A stretch of DNA of 63,636 nt, filler included, from Octopus bimaculoides (GCF_001194135.2; 4 parts of 4 records of this genome joined end to end with filler, not necessarily neighbours in it); one strand, 5' to 3'; shown: positions 23,346 to 36,138, counted from the whole stretch's first letter. Notes: generated from the sequence alone by a model not told the origin. Program-made: numbers and translations.

Positions 23346-24963
23346 TTTCTATGATATTTTGATGTGACTGTTCTCTGTTCATAATCGAAATGAAGTAAAA
23401 TCAATGAATGAACGAAAGAATCAATGACGTTCAATAAGTAGATAAAGCACGTTAACGATGTAATTGGAGATGCAAACGCAAGTTTCATGTGCGTTTCATT
23501 CAACTTCTAAGGAAATTGCATCTACATAGACAAAATGATAGAACACTACAAAGAAATGAACGTTAATGTGCAGTCATCAATGTCAAAAGTATAAAAGTGA
23601 TTTTTATTGAATTTTTAATTTATATCCCATTAGCATGTCCCCTGAAAGTTACACGTTTTATAAATGTTGTTATTTCTATTTTGACGCCGGTATTAATAGA
23701 TTTCCATAACAGTATTTAATTATGTCAAAGACTTTATAGATTTGTTTCTGAATTGAGGTTTTTTTTTTCCTTTTTCCTTGCCTTTTTTCTTTCTTCCTCT
23801 TTTTCCTGTTTTTTTTCTTCGCGCATGTTTGTGTTTTCTTTGGTTTTGTATTTGTATTTTAATGTGGCTTTGTATTATATATGTATCATATACATACATG
23901 TTAGATATGTAATTTTAAGGACCACCAACAAGAGCTAAGAGGATTCGAAACCGATTCAACATTTTTATTGATTGTCAAATAAATTTCCGGTCTTTTGTTT
24001 TCGCTCCTCTGCGCTTGGAGATTGATGAGGATGAGTTGACCTCTGAGACTTTCTCTGATCAAGGAAAGACCAATCCTTTGTTTTAGGTCGACCTACTTTA
24101 GTTGCCAAACTTAATAAATTCCCAGCGAAAAGTTTGGTCAGTCGTTTTGGTCACTGATCTTGATCAATGAGCATTCCAGTGCCGAATGAAGAAGAGACTA
24201 AATTGCCACGTATTTACTTTAACAAAGGAAGACTGTACATACATAAAAGTCATTATAAGATCACTAGAGTGTTGTCCTTCATATGACAAGTAACTTTGGA
24301 AGTATACTTTTCGTTACTCTATCAGGAAATACTGCGTATATACATTTAAATTTTCATTACGAAATTTGGATCTGTAGCGTAGGCTCTATATACACGTGCA
24401 TTCGAACGTAGCAGGTGCCAGCTGGCCTTCGGCCGCTGTTTGTATCCCGTTGTGTCCACTATTCTGATTGGTTGATATTGACGTAATTTGTCTCTTACTC
24501 TGTTGTGCCAACTGACCGCGGATAGCCAGTCAGAGACTTTAGATAGCATAACGTGAACAACCTTTTTCGAACCCCGTTTCGAGCCTACTACTCTCTATAA
24601 AAATCCAGCTTTTTCCTCAATACACGTCTTTGCTTCCTGACCTTTTAAGGTCAAGCCCCTGACCACGTAGACACAGCCAGTTTTATTTACTCACAACCTG
24701 TCACCAAGCCTTGTATGTGCACTCGTCCTACACCTCGTATGTTATCTCTCTCTCTTTCTCTTTCCCTGTCTCTCTGTATCTTTTTTTTTTACTCTTTCTT
24801 ACTAGACGGTGTAAAGCGTGACTTGGAGAAATCAACTAACCAGCCGGCCAACATGTATATCGGCTATTATTATATGGAAATGTACAATAAGTAAAAAGTT
24901 CTGACTTTGGAATATTATGTAAGAGGAAGATGAAGGTATGTTGTAAGAAGGGGAGGAAAACAT

Positions 24964-25192
24964 AAGGCGGTGAGCTGGCAGAAACGTTAGCACGCCGGGC
25001 GAAATGCTTAGAGGTATTTCGTCTGTCGTTACGTTCTGAGTTCAAATTCCGTCGATGTCGACTTTGCCTTCCATCCTTTCGGGGTCGATAAATAAAGTAC
25101 CAGTTACGTACTGGGTCGATGTAATCGACTTAATCCCTCTGTCTGTCCTTGTTTGTCCCCTCTATGTTTAGCCCTTATGGGCAATGAAGAAA
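24964..25192 (+). mobile_element. tRNA-derived SINE family B (Meta-domain-like) with a 20-bp TSD
   Basis: gagctggcagaa..gttctgagttcaaattcc..gtcgactttgccttccatcctttcggggtcgataaa. TSD taagaaggggaggaaa(a/g)cat at 24944-24963 and 25193-25212. Confidence 0.92.
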
Positions 25193-25439
25193 TAAGAAGG
25201 GGAGGAAAGCATGTCACTATGAGAACGATATGTTAACAAAGTTCAGCAACAGAACAGTCATTCACAAGAACAGAAAAAAATAAATATTGTTTAAAACAGA
25301 GCATCAAGTGTTGGCGAATGAGAAATAGCAGTCATTACAAAGTTTTTCAATGAAGACAAAATTAAAATCGATGGATTGACACATAGAAACACCCTTGTCC
25401 ATTACAGTGATCATTGCTTTTCTTTTATTAAAGAATATT

Positions 25440-25856
25440 TACTCTTTACTCTTTTACTCTTTTACTTGTTTCAGTCATTTGACTGCGGCCATGCTGGGGC
25501 ACCACCTTTAGTCGAGCAAATCGACCCCAGGACTTATTCTTGGTAAGCCTAGTACTTATTCTATCGGGCTCTTTCTGCCGAACCGCTAAGTTACGGGGAC
25601 GTAAACATACCAGCATCGGTTGTCAAGCGAAGTTGGGGGGTCAAATACAGACACACAAACATACACACACATACATATGTATATACATATATACGACGGG
25701 CTTCTTTCAGTTTCCGTCTACCGAATCCACTCACAAGGCTTTGGTTGGCCCGAGGCTATAGTAGAAGACACTTGCCCAAGGTGCTACGCAGTGGGACTGA
25801 ACCCAGAACCATGTGGTTGGTAAGCAAGCTACTTACCACACAGCCACTCCTGCGCC
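25440..25856 (-). mobile_element. SINE family A, full length
   Basis: Head (ggcgcaggagtggctgtgtgg), internal microsatellite and (gagtaaaa)n tail all present. Confidence 0.95.
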
Positions 25857-25865
25857 TTTGTGTTC

Positions 25866-26090
25866 TTTCTTTTATCATTTACTTGTTTCAGTCATTAGAC
25901 TGCGGCCATGCTGGGGCGTTTGCTTTGAAGAATTTTAGTTGAACTAATCAACCCCAGTACTTATTTTCTTTTTAAACCTGGTACTTATTCTGTCAGTATC
26001 TTTTGCTGAGCTGCTAAGATTCAGGGACGTAAACACACTAACTAACACACTAACACTAGTTTTCAAGCGGTGGTGGGGGACAAACACAGG
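25866..26090 (-). mobile_element. SINE family A, 3' half
   Basis: Shared tail motifs, diverged. Confidence 0.8.
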
Positions 26091-26482
26091 CTCAATGACA
26101 CACACACGTACACATATAATAATTTTAAAACTTTATTAATGTACTACGACATATATTTCTGCATCTTATATGTTCATTTGTGAGGACATTTTCATATCCA
26201 TAAGTTATTATTAGATACTTATAATATCAATGAATCTTGAGTATGCCTCCATTACATGTGAATGTTTCTCCAAGAATTTGCATTAATGTTTTTTTGCTAG
26301 TCTGATGTTTGCCCTCACAATCACCATTTTACGCCAAACAGGAGGCTGCGTTAAATTTTTGGGCATTACTTGTGAATGGTCACAACTTTCCGAGAAAACA
26401 AATGTTGCAGTACATTAAAAAAGTCGAAAATTTTCCATCCACAAGTCATTTTCGTTATAATTTAATTTATTCTAATCTGTAA

Positions 26483-26889
26483 GGAGTTCTGAGTGGCTGT
26501 GTGGTAAGTAGCTTGCTTACCAACCACATGGTCCCGGGTTCAGTCCCACTGCGTGGCATCTTGGGCAAGTGTCTTCTACTATAGCCTCGGGCCGACCAAA
26601 GCCTTGTAAGTGGATTTGGTAGACGGAAACTGAAAGAAGCCTGTCGTATATATGTATATACATATATATATATGTATGTGTGTGTGTGTATGTTTGTCCT
26701 CCCAACATCGCTTGACAACCGATGCTGGTGCGTTTACATCCCCGTAACTTAGCGGTTCGGCAAAAGAGACTGATAGAATAAGTACTAGGCTTGCAAAGAA
26801 TAAGTCCTGGGGTCGATTTGCTCGACTAAAGGCGGTGCTCCAGCATGGCCGCAGTCAAATGACTGAAACAATTAAAAGAGTAAAGAGTA
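26483..26889 (+). mobile_element. SINE family A, full length, inverted relative to 25440-25856
   Basis: Near-identical reverse complement. Confidence 0.95.
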
Positions 26890-28249
26890 TAACAGTTCCA
26901 TAGGATTACACTGGATAGTTTGGAATAACAGGCAGTAACCGACAACAAGAAGTATAAAAGCTTTTATGAGCACATTCTGAGGTATTTGTCTCAAACGAAT
27001 TAAATATATATATATCATCATCATCATCATCATCATCATCGTCATTGTTTAACGTCCGCTTTCNNNNNNNNNNNNNNNNNNNNNNNNNNNNNNNNNNNNN
27101 NNNNNNNNNNNNNNNNNNNNNNNNNNNNNNNNNNNNNNNNNNNNNNNNNNNNNNNNNNNNNNNGTGGTAGGAGTGAGAGGGTAAGAGATAGCAGCATGGT
27201 GGATGTTCATTTGGTGGGGTTGAGTAAAGACAGACAACAGGATCAAAAGAGTAACAGAAGAGAATGATGCAAGTGAGAACAATGGGAGAGAGAGAGAGAG
27301 AGAGAGAGAGTGTGTGTGTGTGTGTGTGTGTCAATGTGCACTAAAACAGCTACAGGATGGCTGGAGATGAAGAGATTGAATAGAGTCAGCAGAAGTGCAT
27401 TATAAGAGAGAGTGGTAGGAGGGATCAACCTTCTCCACTCAAACCATCATCTGCTTTTCCATTTCATGTTTGCTTTGGTGAAGTGGGTGTTCTTGCACAG
27501 CATTAAGACACTTGTTGCATTACTTTCTCATCTTGAGATCAGTCTTCACTTTGTCTGCTGGATAAAATAAGCACCAGTTGAACACTGGTTCGATGTAATC
27601 GACTAGCCCCTGCTCATCCAAATTTTCAGGCCTTGTGGAAAAGATTATTTAAATAAACATGAAAAAAGTTAATGAATTACATGAAAATATAACCATCAAT
27701 GCTGTAATAGAATTTATTACAAAAGCTGAATCTACATAAAAATCACAACTGAATGAAAGAAATTACAAGAAGCAACAATTTAATCACGTTTAAAACCAAA
27801 TAAATTTGAGAAGTAATATCTGATTGACGAGATTCCTTGCTGGTAGGGACTGTAAAGCTGGTCATTTGCCTGATCATGATTATCACTTAAGGGACTCCTT
27901 GATGTTCTATCAAACTGGTCTTCATAAGCTAAAATCAGGAGAAAATTAAATGATTAGTGGCAAGAAGAGAGATATACATATAATGAAGCTAAGAACTAAA
28001 TATCTTTGTTCTTCATATGTTCATTTCTTTTTATTAATGGTGATGTTTTTGTTTCAATGTTAGCATAGGTTTTGATGGAGATTTATTTGAGGAAGTATTT
28101 TATTGCTGGATGCTCTTCTTGTCATCAACCCTAACCTGTTTTTCAATGAATTTTTGTTTTTTCTTTGGATCTTTGAAAGAACAAAGTGACCAATCATAAT
28201 GATTACAAGGAACATAAACAGCGTAATACTGTTTCCATCAAACAATGAC

Positions 28250-28465
28250 AATCTCTCCCTCACTCTGTGGGAGAGAGGCACAAGCACATACACAGACAAA
28301 TACACACACGGCAGTAACTTCCACCTACCAAATTCAATCACAAAGCTTCGGTCGGCTCGGGGCTATAGCAGAAGACACTTGCCCAAGGTGCCACGCGGTG
28401 GGACTGAACTCGAAACCATGCAACTGGGAAGCAAGCTTCCTAACCACACAGCCATGCCTGCACCT
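28250..28465 (-). mobile_element. SINE family A, 5' head
   Basis: cacaaagcttcggtcggctcggggctatagcagaagacacttgcccaaggtgccacgc. Confidence 0.85.
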
Positions 28466-28869
28466 ATGCAAATGCACTGTACTACCAGGCAACACCACAA
28501 ACAGTGAGGTTTCTGTACAGTTTCTATTATCGAATTCAGTCTGAAGGTAAGTCAAACGAGTTGAAGGAATACGTCAAGCATGGTTCCTATGACTGGATGC
28601 CTCTACTAACACTAACCATTTTACAGAGTGTACTGGGTACTTTTCTCATGACACTGGTATGAGTGAAGATCACCATGTTACTTGCTAGACAAAGAAAAGA
28701 CCCTTGATGGAGAAGGATTGTAGTAGGGGGGAAGATAGTTAGATGTGGAATGGGTATTAGGAAGATGAGAGGTAGGGAAAGCCTGAATGGGAGAGACTGG
28801 ATGATGTGGCAGGGCCTGGTAAGTGCATGGACATAAAGCTAATGACTTTAGGATCTCACTTTTGCAGTG

Positions 28870-29760
28870 ATAGATGGGTCTTATTGATGACCCCTAGTGA
28901 AATGCCAATCATCTCAGTAACTTTATTATCTCCAAGTGAGGCTCAACAACTTGAGAACAACCTTCACTACTTTGTCCCATGTCTTCCTAGGTTACCCACT
29001 TCCACACAAGTTCCATCCACTTTAAGAGATCAGCACTTCTTTATACAGCTATTGTCATTCATAAAAGTCACATGACCATACCAACAGAGCCTTCTCCCTT
29101 GTACATTACATTTGATTTCACTTAAGCCCAATTTTTCTCATAACACATTTGCATCATACAATCTGCTGTTCACTCTGAGAGAAAGACCTTTTGTTAACAG
29201 AGGAGGTAAAAACTCCCTGAAGTTTTTCCATTCTATCCTTAGTCTAGCAATTATACTTTCAAAAGATCCTCTACTGCTAATTAAGTCACCTCGAAAACAG
29301 AAACTATCTACCAACTGTCGGGAACCTCCTAAGCATTTGAGAGAATCTATCTCCTGTGTCCTTAGTACTTATTGCTCTGGTACATCTGCCACATTCAAAA
29401 TCTACTTTCACTTTTAACCTTCCTGTGATTCCACTGCACTTCCTGAGTGCCCATTGCTTGTACTTGGTATACCATATGGAATTTCTACCAACACCTTTCC
29501 TACATATCAAGAAGGGCTATTTTCCTGAAGAAAGTAAAGTCCTCGTTGTTTTTCTGCTTACTAGAACTTTGGTCTCTCCTAAGTAACTTTAAGGCCCTTT
29601 GATTACAGGTTTTGTTTCCAGCAATTTCTTTTCTGGTTCTACTATCAATTCCATAATAAGATCAAACAACATACAGTAGTTTCCAGGGACAATTGTTCTT
29701 AAATTCCTGTCATGGTCTGGAGTACTAAAATGAATAGGAGGGGACTGTGAACCAAGCCCT
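28870..29760 (-). mobile_element. RTE-type LINE ORF2 remnant with a PHD-like Cys/His finger inside the RT
   Basis: ICRKGVGRNSIWYTKYKQWALRKCSG..FECGRC, VVDSFCFRGDLIS, WYGHVTFMNDNSCIKKC. Confidence 0.87.
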
Positions 29761-30889
29761 GGTGAACTCTTACTCGTACATTTAAGTAGTTACTATACTC
29801 ATTACTAATTTTCACCTTACTGATAGTATTTCTGTACATGGCTTGTATGGCTCTCACAAATCAATGGTCTTCGCGTGATTTTCTTGAGTTACCATCTCAC
29901 CCTTGCAAACCAATCGGTCACAAGGTTATACATTTGCAGCTGAGTGGACTGCAGCAACATGAAATGAAGTGTTTCACTCAAGAACATAATGCACAGTTCA
30001 CTAAGCTGTGCCAATTACTTTACAGAATGTACTGGGTGCTTTTTTGTGGCACTGGTACAAGTGAATCCACCAAGTAAATAGTAAGAAAAGACTCTTGACA
30101 AGGTAGGGCTGCAGCATTGAGAGATGGCTTTGTGCTGGGTTTTGTGAAACTAATATATGACAGAAGGGCAAGAACAGTGGTGTTTCTGTAATGGAAGTAC
30201 ATGGGTACCCCATCAGGAAAGGGAAAAAGAATAGTTGAATTGAGGTGACAGGTAATATCCTGAAGGTACAAGAAGGTGGATAAAGAGAGAAATGGGATAG
30301 AGAATCAAGGATGGCTAATCAATAATAATAAATGCGAAATTCTGCCTGTCTGCCCATCTGGGACCCATGTATCTCAGTCTGTATTTACTTTACATAGACA
30401 TATCATACCTTTTTGAAATTAGGATGATCCAGGGATTAAAAATTTGGCCATTATTTGGTTCTTGAACATCCAGCATTGGGATCAGGTCTGGATGAGGATT
30501 TGTTATATGCTAACAGTTGAAAATTCAAATTTTAAAAGAACTCCAGAAATTTGTGAACTTACAAGTTTTTTCATTTAAACTGAATTTTAAGTAATACCAC
30601 ATTGGTAGGGTACCAATAAATGCTTTGCTCTCTTTAGTTTTGGTCCGCAGGCCCAATTAGCCCTTAGCAGGAGCTAGCTCTGAAGTCCGCACAGTGTGCT
30701 GTTTTCAAGCTAGTATATATTTATAAATAATGCATGTGTGTGTGTGTATATGCAAGTGTTTGTGTTTTCCTCCGCATGGGGAGATGTGCCTTTAGCAGTT
30801 CAGCAAAGAGGAGTTGATAAAATAGAAGTGTAATAACTGAAACCAATAAAAGGACAAAGCAACTACAGAACAAGAAGCAATACACATAC

Positions 30890-31043
30890 GGTTTCCCAAG
30901 GTCTGTACTTCTTCAGTTTCTTCTTCATTACCCACTGAATCGACTTTACGGGTTATCGTGTGTTTTTGGCCATCTGCTACTTTAGTATAGACTTCTTCTT
31001 TACGTCCAGAAGAATCTTCCACGGTTCGCCAATGTTCAAACTT
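30890..31043 (-). CDS. Internal coding exon, HAX1-like (HCLS1-associated protein X-1) C-terminal region
   Basis: Long poly-T tract then cacag| KFEHWRTVEDSSGRKEEVYTKVADGQKHTITRKVDSVGNEEETEEVQTLGN |gtatgt; 154 nt, phase 0 to 1. Resembles HAX1 VEERRTVxDSxGRxETTVTR (recalled, not searched). Confidence 0.68.
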
Positions 31044-31569
31044 CTGTGAAAAAAGAAAAACGAAAAAAATTGCAAAAAAATAAAATAAAAAGAGTAAAAC
31101 AATACTGCTGTAATTTTTTAAGGGGAAATAACTATGTGTGGCCCTGTCCTTTCTAATATAAACAAACCATTGGTACTTTAACGGGACAAATATGAGGACA
31201 GATATAGCAGACTGGCACCAGATGAGAGTTTAAAAAGACGAGACTTAAGGTAGACACTTACCAATAAAGTAAAGCAAAACTGATGAGGGGGAAAAAAAAC
31301 GCATTAGGACAAAACTGGAAGACAGTAACTTCAAATGCAATCACCGAAGTGGGGGCTGTCACTCACATGTCCCCCTCTCTCTCTCTTTCTCCCTTCCTCT
31401 TCTCTCTCGCTCTCTCGAACGCACACATGCGCATGCACACACGCGCACGTACACACAAGCATTCACTACAATATAACTAGAACTTACCTTACTACATGTT
31501 CATCAATGTTTTGTAAATATACAAACTACGGAGCTTATGTAGACAGGACAACACAACTTCAACACACAA

Positions 31570-31600
<31 letters not shown>

Positions 31601-31644
31601 NNNNNNNNNNNNNNNNNNNNNNNNNNNNNNNNNNNNNNNNNNNN

Positions 31645-31656
31645 TTAATTAATTAA
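31645..31656. other. Artificial TTAATTAATTAA linker
   Basis: 44 N on each side. Confidence 0.95.
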
Positions 31657-31700
31657 NNNNNNNNNNNNNNNNNNNNNNNNNNNNNNNNNNNNNNNNNNNN

Positions 31701-31860
31701 GTCACGCTGAATATCCCAGAGAACTACGTTAAGGGTACACGTGTCTGTGGAGTGCTCAGCCACTTGCATGTTAATTTCACGAGCAGGCTGTTCCGTTGAT
31801 CAGATCAACTGGAACCCTCGACGTCGTAAGCGACGGAGTACCAACAACAACAACAACTCT
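31701..31860 (+). mobile_element. SINE family C, 3' part with (CAA)n tail
   Basis: Matches the reverse complement of 35751-35910. Confidence 0.88.
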
Positions 31861-31869
31861 AGGCACAAG

Positions 31870-32047
31870 GTTCGAAATTTGGGGGTAGAGGGCCAGTCGA
31901 CTAGATCGACCCCAGTGAGTAACTGGTACTTAATTTATCGACCCCAAAAGGATGAAAGGCAAAGTCAACCTCGACGAAATTTGAACTCAGAACGTAACGG
32001 CAGACGAGATACCGCTAAGCATTTCGCCCAGCATGCTACCGTTTCTT
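31870..32047 (-). mobile_element. SINE family B (Meta-like)
   Basis: tttatcgaccccaaaaggatgaaaggcaaagtcaacctcg...gaactcagaacg. Confidence 0.88.
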
Positions 32048-32079
32048 AGTTTAAGGATTACTTTACACTGCATACAAAA

Positions 32080-32960
32080 ATACAAACATATTATATACGG
32101 TACGTTACTAAACAAACACACACACACATATCTACACATATATACCTGACGACTGACATGTGTATAGTGCGGGCTGGCCAGTGTCAATACGAAATTTTAT
32201 TTTCATTTCCATTAAAACAACACACACGTACTCTTCCATTACCAGTTAATAATTATCGCTGCAGTTGCAAGGTAAAATATTAAATTCTTTGTCTCTCTGT
32301 AATAATTATTGTGGCATTTACCGTTAAATTAGCAGTTCCCTACACGTGCTTCTATTTCAATAATTTATACTGCATACAAAATACTATATACGGTACGTTA
32401 TTAAACACACACACACATCTACACGTACATATACACACCTGGCGACTTGGTTTCTTATTAACCACACAGGGTCGAAACACAGAGGAGACAGCACAAGGAC
32501 AGATAAAACATTAAAGTGGGGAAAAAAATAAAATCGAATGAAAAGAACGGTAATGATAAATGGAAAGGTGGATTGACATCTACTCGAACCCTGAACTCCA
32601 GATAACGTCATTGAACGTTTTTAGAAAAAAAGTTTTTAACACGTGTTATTTTATTTTTGTCTCTTTCTCCTCGCTGTGTGTTGCTTGTGTTACATACTCA
32701 GTGGACAAATGAAGTGCGGTCTGGGGCCATACGGAATTTTATTTCCATCCAAACAATACATATTTACAGTTCCGTTACCAGTTATTAATCATCGCAGCAG
32801 TTGCAAGGTAAAATATAAAATTCTTTGTTTCTCTGTAATAATTATTGTGGCATTTACCGTTAAATTAGCAGTTCCATACATGAGTTTCTATTTCGTTCAT
32901 TTGCTTATATTTCATTAATTTACACTGCATACAAAAATACAGACATACTATATACATACA
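32080..32960. repeat. Local tandem duplication modules
   Basis: 32190-32360 is similar to 32731-32895; tttacactgcatacaaaa modules occur at ~32083, ~32364 and ~32919. Confidence 0.85.
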
Positions 32961-33210
32961 ACTGCTCACAAAAATCAAGATTAATGTATATTTTTTTAAG
33001 TTCATAATTTTTTGTTTACAATATTGAAAAATATGCCATCAAAGGAAAGACGTAATCTCTCCAGAAACACGTATAAAGCGAGGATGATTGCAGAAAATCG
33101 AAGGCGAGAGTTTCGACAGAGAAGGGAGATGAGGCTTTCTCAAGAATAGCCGAGGTATGCTGCAACATGTCAAATGGAGTCTCTAGAGAGAAGGGAGATA
33201 AGACATTCCC

Positions 33211-33239
<29 letters not shown>

Positions 33240-33245
<6 letters not shown>

Positions 33246-33410
33246 GATGGGCTTCTTAGAGTTTCCGTCTACCATATCTATTCACAAGGCTTTATTCGGC
33301 TCGAGGCTATTGTAGAAGACACTAGCCCAAGGTGCCACGCAGTGAGACTGAACCCGGGGACCATGTGGTTGGTAAGCAAGATACTCACCACACAACCAGT
33401 CCTGCGCCTA
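33240..33410 (-). mobile_element. SINE family A, 5' head
   Basis: Shared head motifs. Confidence 0.85.
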
Positions 33411-33719
33411 TATAATTGCAAACATTACAAAAATGGTACGAACAGATGGTGGAGGAACGGAAATATTTCACCTGAAAGCTATAGAAGACAAGCTCTTCAT
33501 AAGGACAAAATGCTGAATATACACATTTATGGGAAAGAAATTCACATGAAGTGTAGTTTAAAAAATATCTCACGATGGAAGGCTTTTTTATGGAACCCTT
33601 AACACACGAAGCACCCTAACGCGAACTTTTGGATAAATGTTTTCCACCTTTTTCAGTTAAAGTAATGTAGAGAGTGGTTAGAGTAAACGGTCAAGATTCA
33701 GCACCGTGTCGTTTCATGC

Positions 33720-34300
33720 ACACAGACATTCGGATATCTTTGTATGTTTCAGCATTCAAGCCACTACTGTTCAAGCTGGAAGCGTTACAGGACATTCCGC
33801 TTGAGATGGGACACGGATATGCCGTCTATGTCTGTATGTGTGAGTGGCATCTTCGTGATGGTGTCGGAAACATCAGAAATCGAAGCCATTTGCATAATAT
33901 TGGTAGAGCAGCAGCATGAGATAACAAGGATAATGATTAACTGGGACAAATCAATGGACTGGCAATTCGACATTTAAAGGGCAACACCATATTCCATACT
34001 GGACAATGCCTTTTGCCGTCGAACTGATGGTCTGATAAAGATACTCGTGGTCTCATTCGATCCCATACCAGATTAATAATAACTGGGAAGAGGTTGTGGT
34101 CAGTGTTACTAGTCTCACTGATAAATGGGTAAGGGATGATTTTTTCGAAAAGTCGGTCAGATGTGGGTAAGTCCTATATCATATATGTCTGTTTTACCGT
34201 TTGACCATCTTATCTTCTAGCAAACGCCTGAGTGGTTTGGAGCTCATGGTCGTTCGTTTCTCCTAAAAAGGAATGGTTTCTCTGGTTACATGGTCCATCT
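33720..34300 (+). mobile_element. L1/Tx1-clade LINE RT remnant
   Basis: YVSAFKPLLFKLEAL and FVMVSETSEIEAICIILVEQQHEITRIMINWDKS fit ALEPLL...ADD.T...GAKIN.DKS. Confidence 0.7.
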
Positions 34301-35162
34301 GCTGCTAATGCCTAATAAAAAAAAATAGTAATCCTTCTGGATATGCTGTATTTTTGCATGTGATTATATCTGCAGAAATTTATGGATAACAATAACAGAA
34401 CAGTAATGATTGTTGCTACAGAACAGTTTGAGACATTCCTCTTTGTGTGTTTTTATTACAGAAGTTTCCACAGCTCCGTGTATCTATTAGACATCCAACA
34501 TTTTATTTATACGTATGTGTTTATTTATACAAAGAACAGTACTATTTCTGTATGTTGTGTAAGTATCTAATGCCTGTTGTTTTTCTCCAATGCGCCTTTA
34601 GTAATAGAGATCGTTTCTATTTTCAGTTCACATATACTAGATATTTTTTTATTTGAACAGCTTATCCAGTTCTTTTATAAATATACTGACAATGTCTGTT
34701 GAAAATGATACAGCAATTAGAAGATATATATTACGGGTAGTCTTTGAAAAGAATGCAAAAGCGAGTGTTTGTGTCAATTGGAATGTCCTGAAATAACATT
34801 GCATTAGAATGTTTTTCAAAGTCATGCTGTATGTTCGTACCGTGTCTTTTCTAAACATATAACTTCATAGCTTTTACTTCATAAAACCCCAGTTCTGTCA
34901 TATTTTAACTAAGAATGGGCAATTAAAAACTACACACGCCACACACATCCATAATCACCGCATACATAGCAGTTATCTTTTATGCTTTACTTCTTGAGTC
35001 TCATCGGGTATTGAATAGCCTTTGCTTTTGTTTTTCATTTAGTTCTTACATTTGAATTTTTTTTTTTTTGGTATTGTTTATAACCCGAGTCTCTATTTTA
35101 TAGTTATTGGGGGTCCATAAAGATGGAAAATGTCTTTTAATAATATTTTGTTCAGGAATAAA

Positions 35163-35560
35163 TCAGCGAAATGGCAGAATCCTCAGCATGCCTGAGGTGG
35201 GGGGAGGAATACTTAGCACTTCTTTCATCACTACTTTCTGAGTTCAAATCTCTCCGAAGTCGACTTTGTCTTTCATTCCTTTCGAGGTCAATAAAATAAG
35301 TACCAGTTGAATATTGGAGTCGATGTTATCAACTTTCTTACTTTCCTGAAATTGCAGTCCTTGTTCCAAAATTTGAAATTAATATTTCGTTCAGGATTAA
35401 GGCGGCGAGCTGGCAGAATCTTTACTGCATAACAGCATTTCTTCCGACTTTGCGTTCGGAGTTCAAATACTGCCGAAGTCGACTTTGCCTTTTATCGATG
35501 TAATCTATTTACCCTCTATGCCGACATTGCTGGCCTTGTGCCAAAATCGGAAAGCAATAT
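35163..35560 (+). mobile_element. Two tandem SINE family B copies
   Basis: Heads tggcagaatc at ~35172 and ~35411, each followed by gagttcaaat..gtcgactttg. Confidence 0.85.
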
Positions 35561-35750
35561 TTTGTTTAGAATTTTTCTATAGCTGTATTAGCTTGACTTT
35601 GCTCTTTCCTTTACAGCTATCGTCTATCGTCGTCCTGGAGCGACTGTTTTATAATATATTACGAGTAATACGTAATATATTGAAATGGTCATTTTGCTTG
35701 GCTTCTTAACTAATCTTGATAAACCAATAATCTCCTTTCTGAGAATGTTA

Positions 35751-36138
35751 TTGCTGTTGGCACTCCGTCGCTTACGACGTCGAGGGTTCCAGTTGATCCA
35801 ATCAACGGAACAGCCTGGTCATAAAATTAACGTGCAAGTGGTTGAGCACACCACTGACATATGTACCCTTAACGTAGTTCTCTGGGATATTCAGCGTGAC
35901 ACAGAGTGTGACAAGGCTGACCCTTTGAATTACAGGCACAACAGAAACAGGAAGAAAGAGCGAGAGAAAATTGTGGTGAAAGAGTACAGCAGGGTTCGCC
36001 ACCATCCCCTGCCGGAGGTTCGTAGAGCTTTAGGTGTTTTCGTTCAATAAACGCTCACAACGCCCGGTCTAGGAATCGAAACCGCGATCCTATGACCGCG
36101 AGTCCGCTGCCCTAACCACTGGGCCATTGCGCCTCCAC
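35751..36138 (-). mobile_element. SINE family C, full length, 13-bp TSD
   Basis: tRNA-like head gtggaggcgcaatggcccagtggttaggg; TSD tctgagaat(g/a)tta at 35738-35750 and 36139-36151. Confidence 0.93.

Noticed and set aside
31493-31525. 33-nt phase-0 micro-exon (FVYLQNIDEHV) upstream of the HAX1-like exon
   Set aside because: AG/GT and phase fit, but the pyrimidine tract is weak and there is no similarity to the expected ...PDG ending. Needs RNA-seq.
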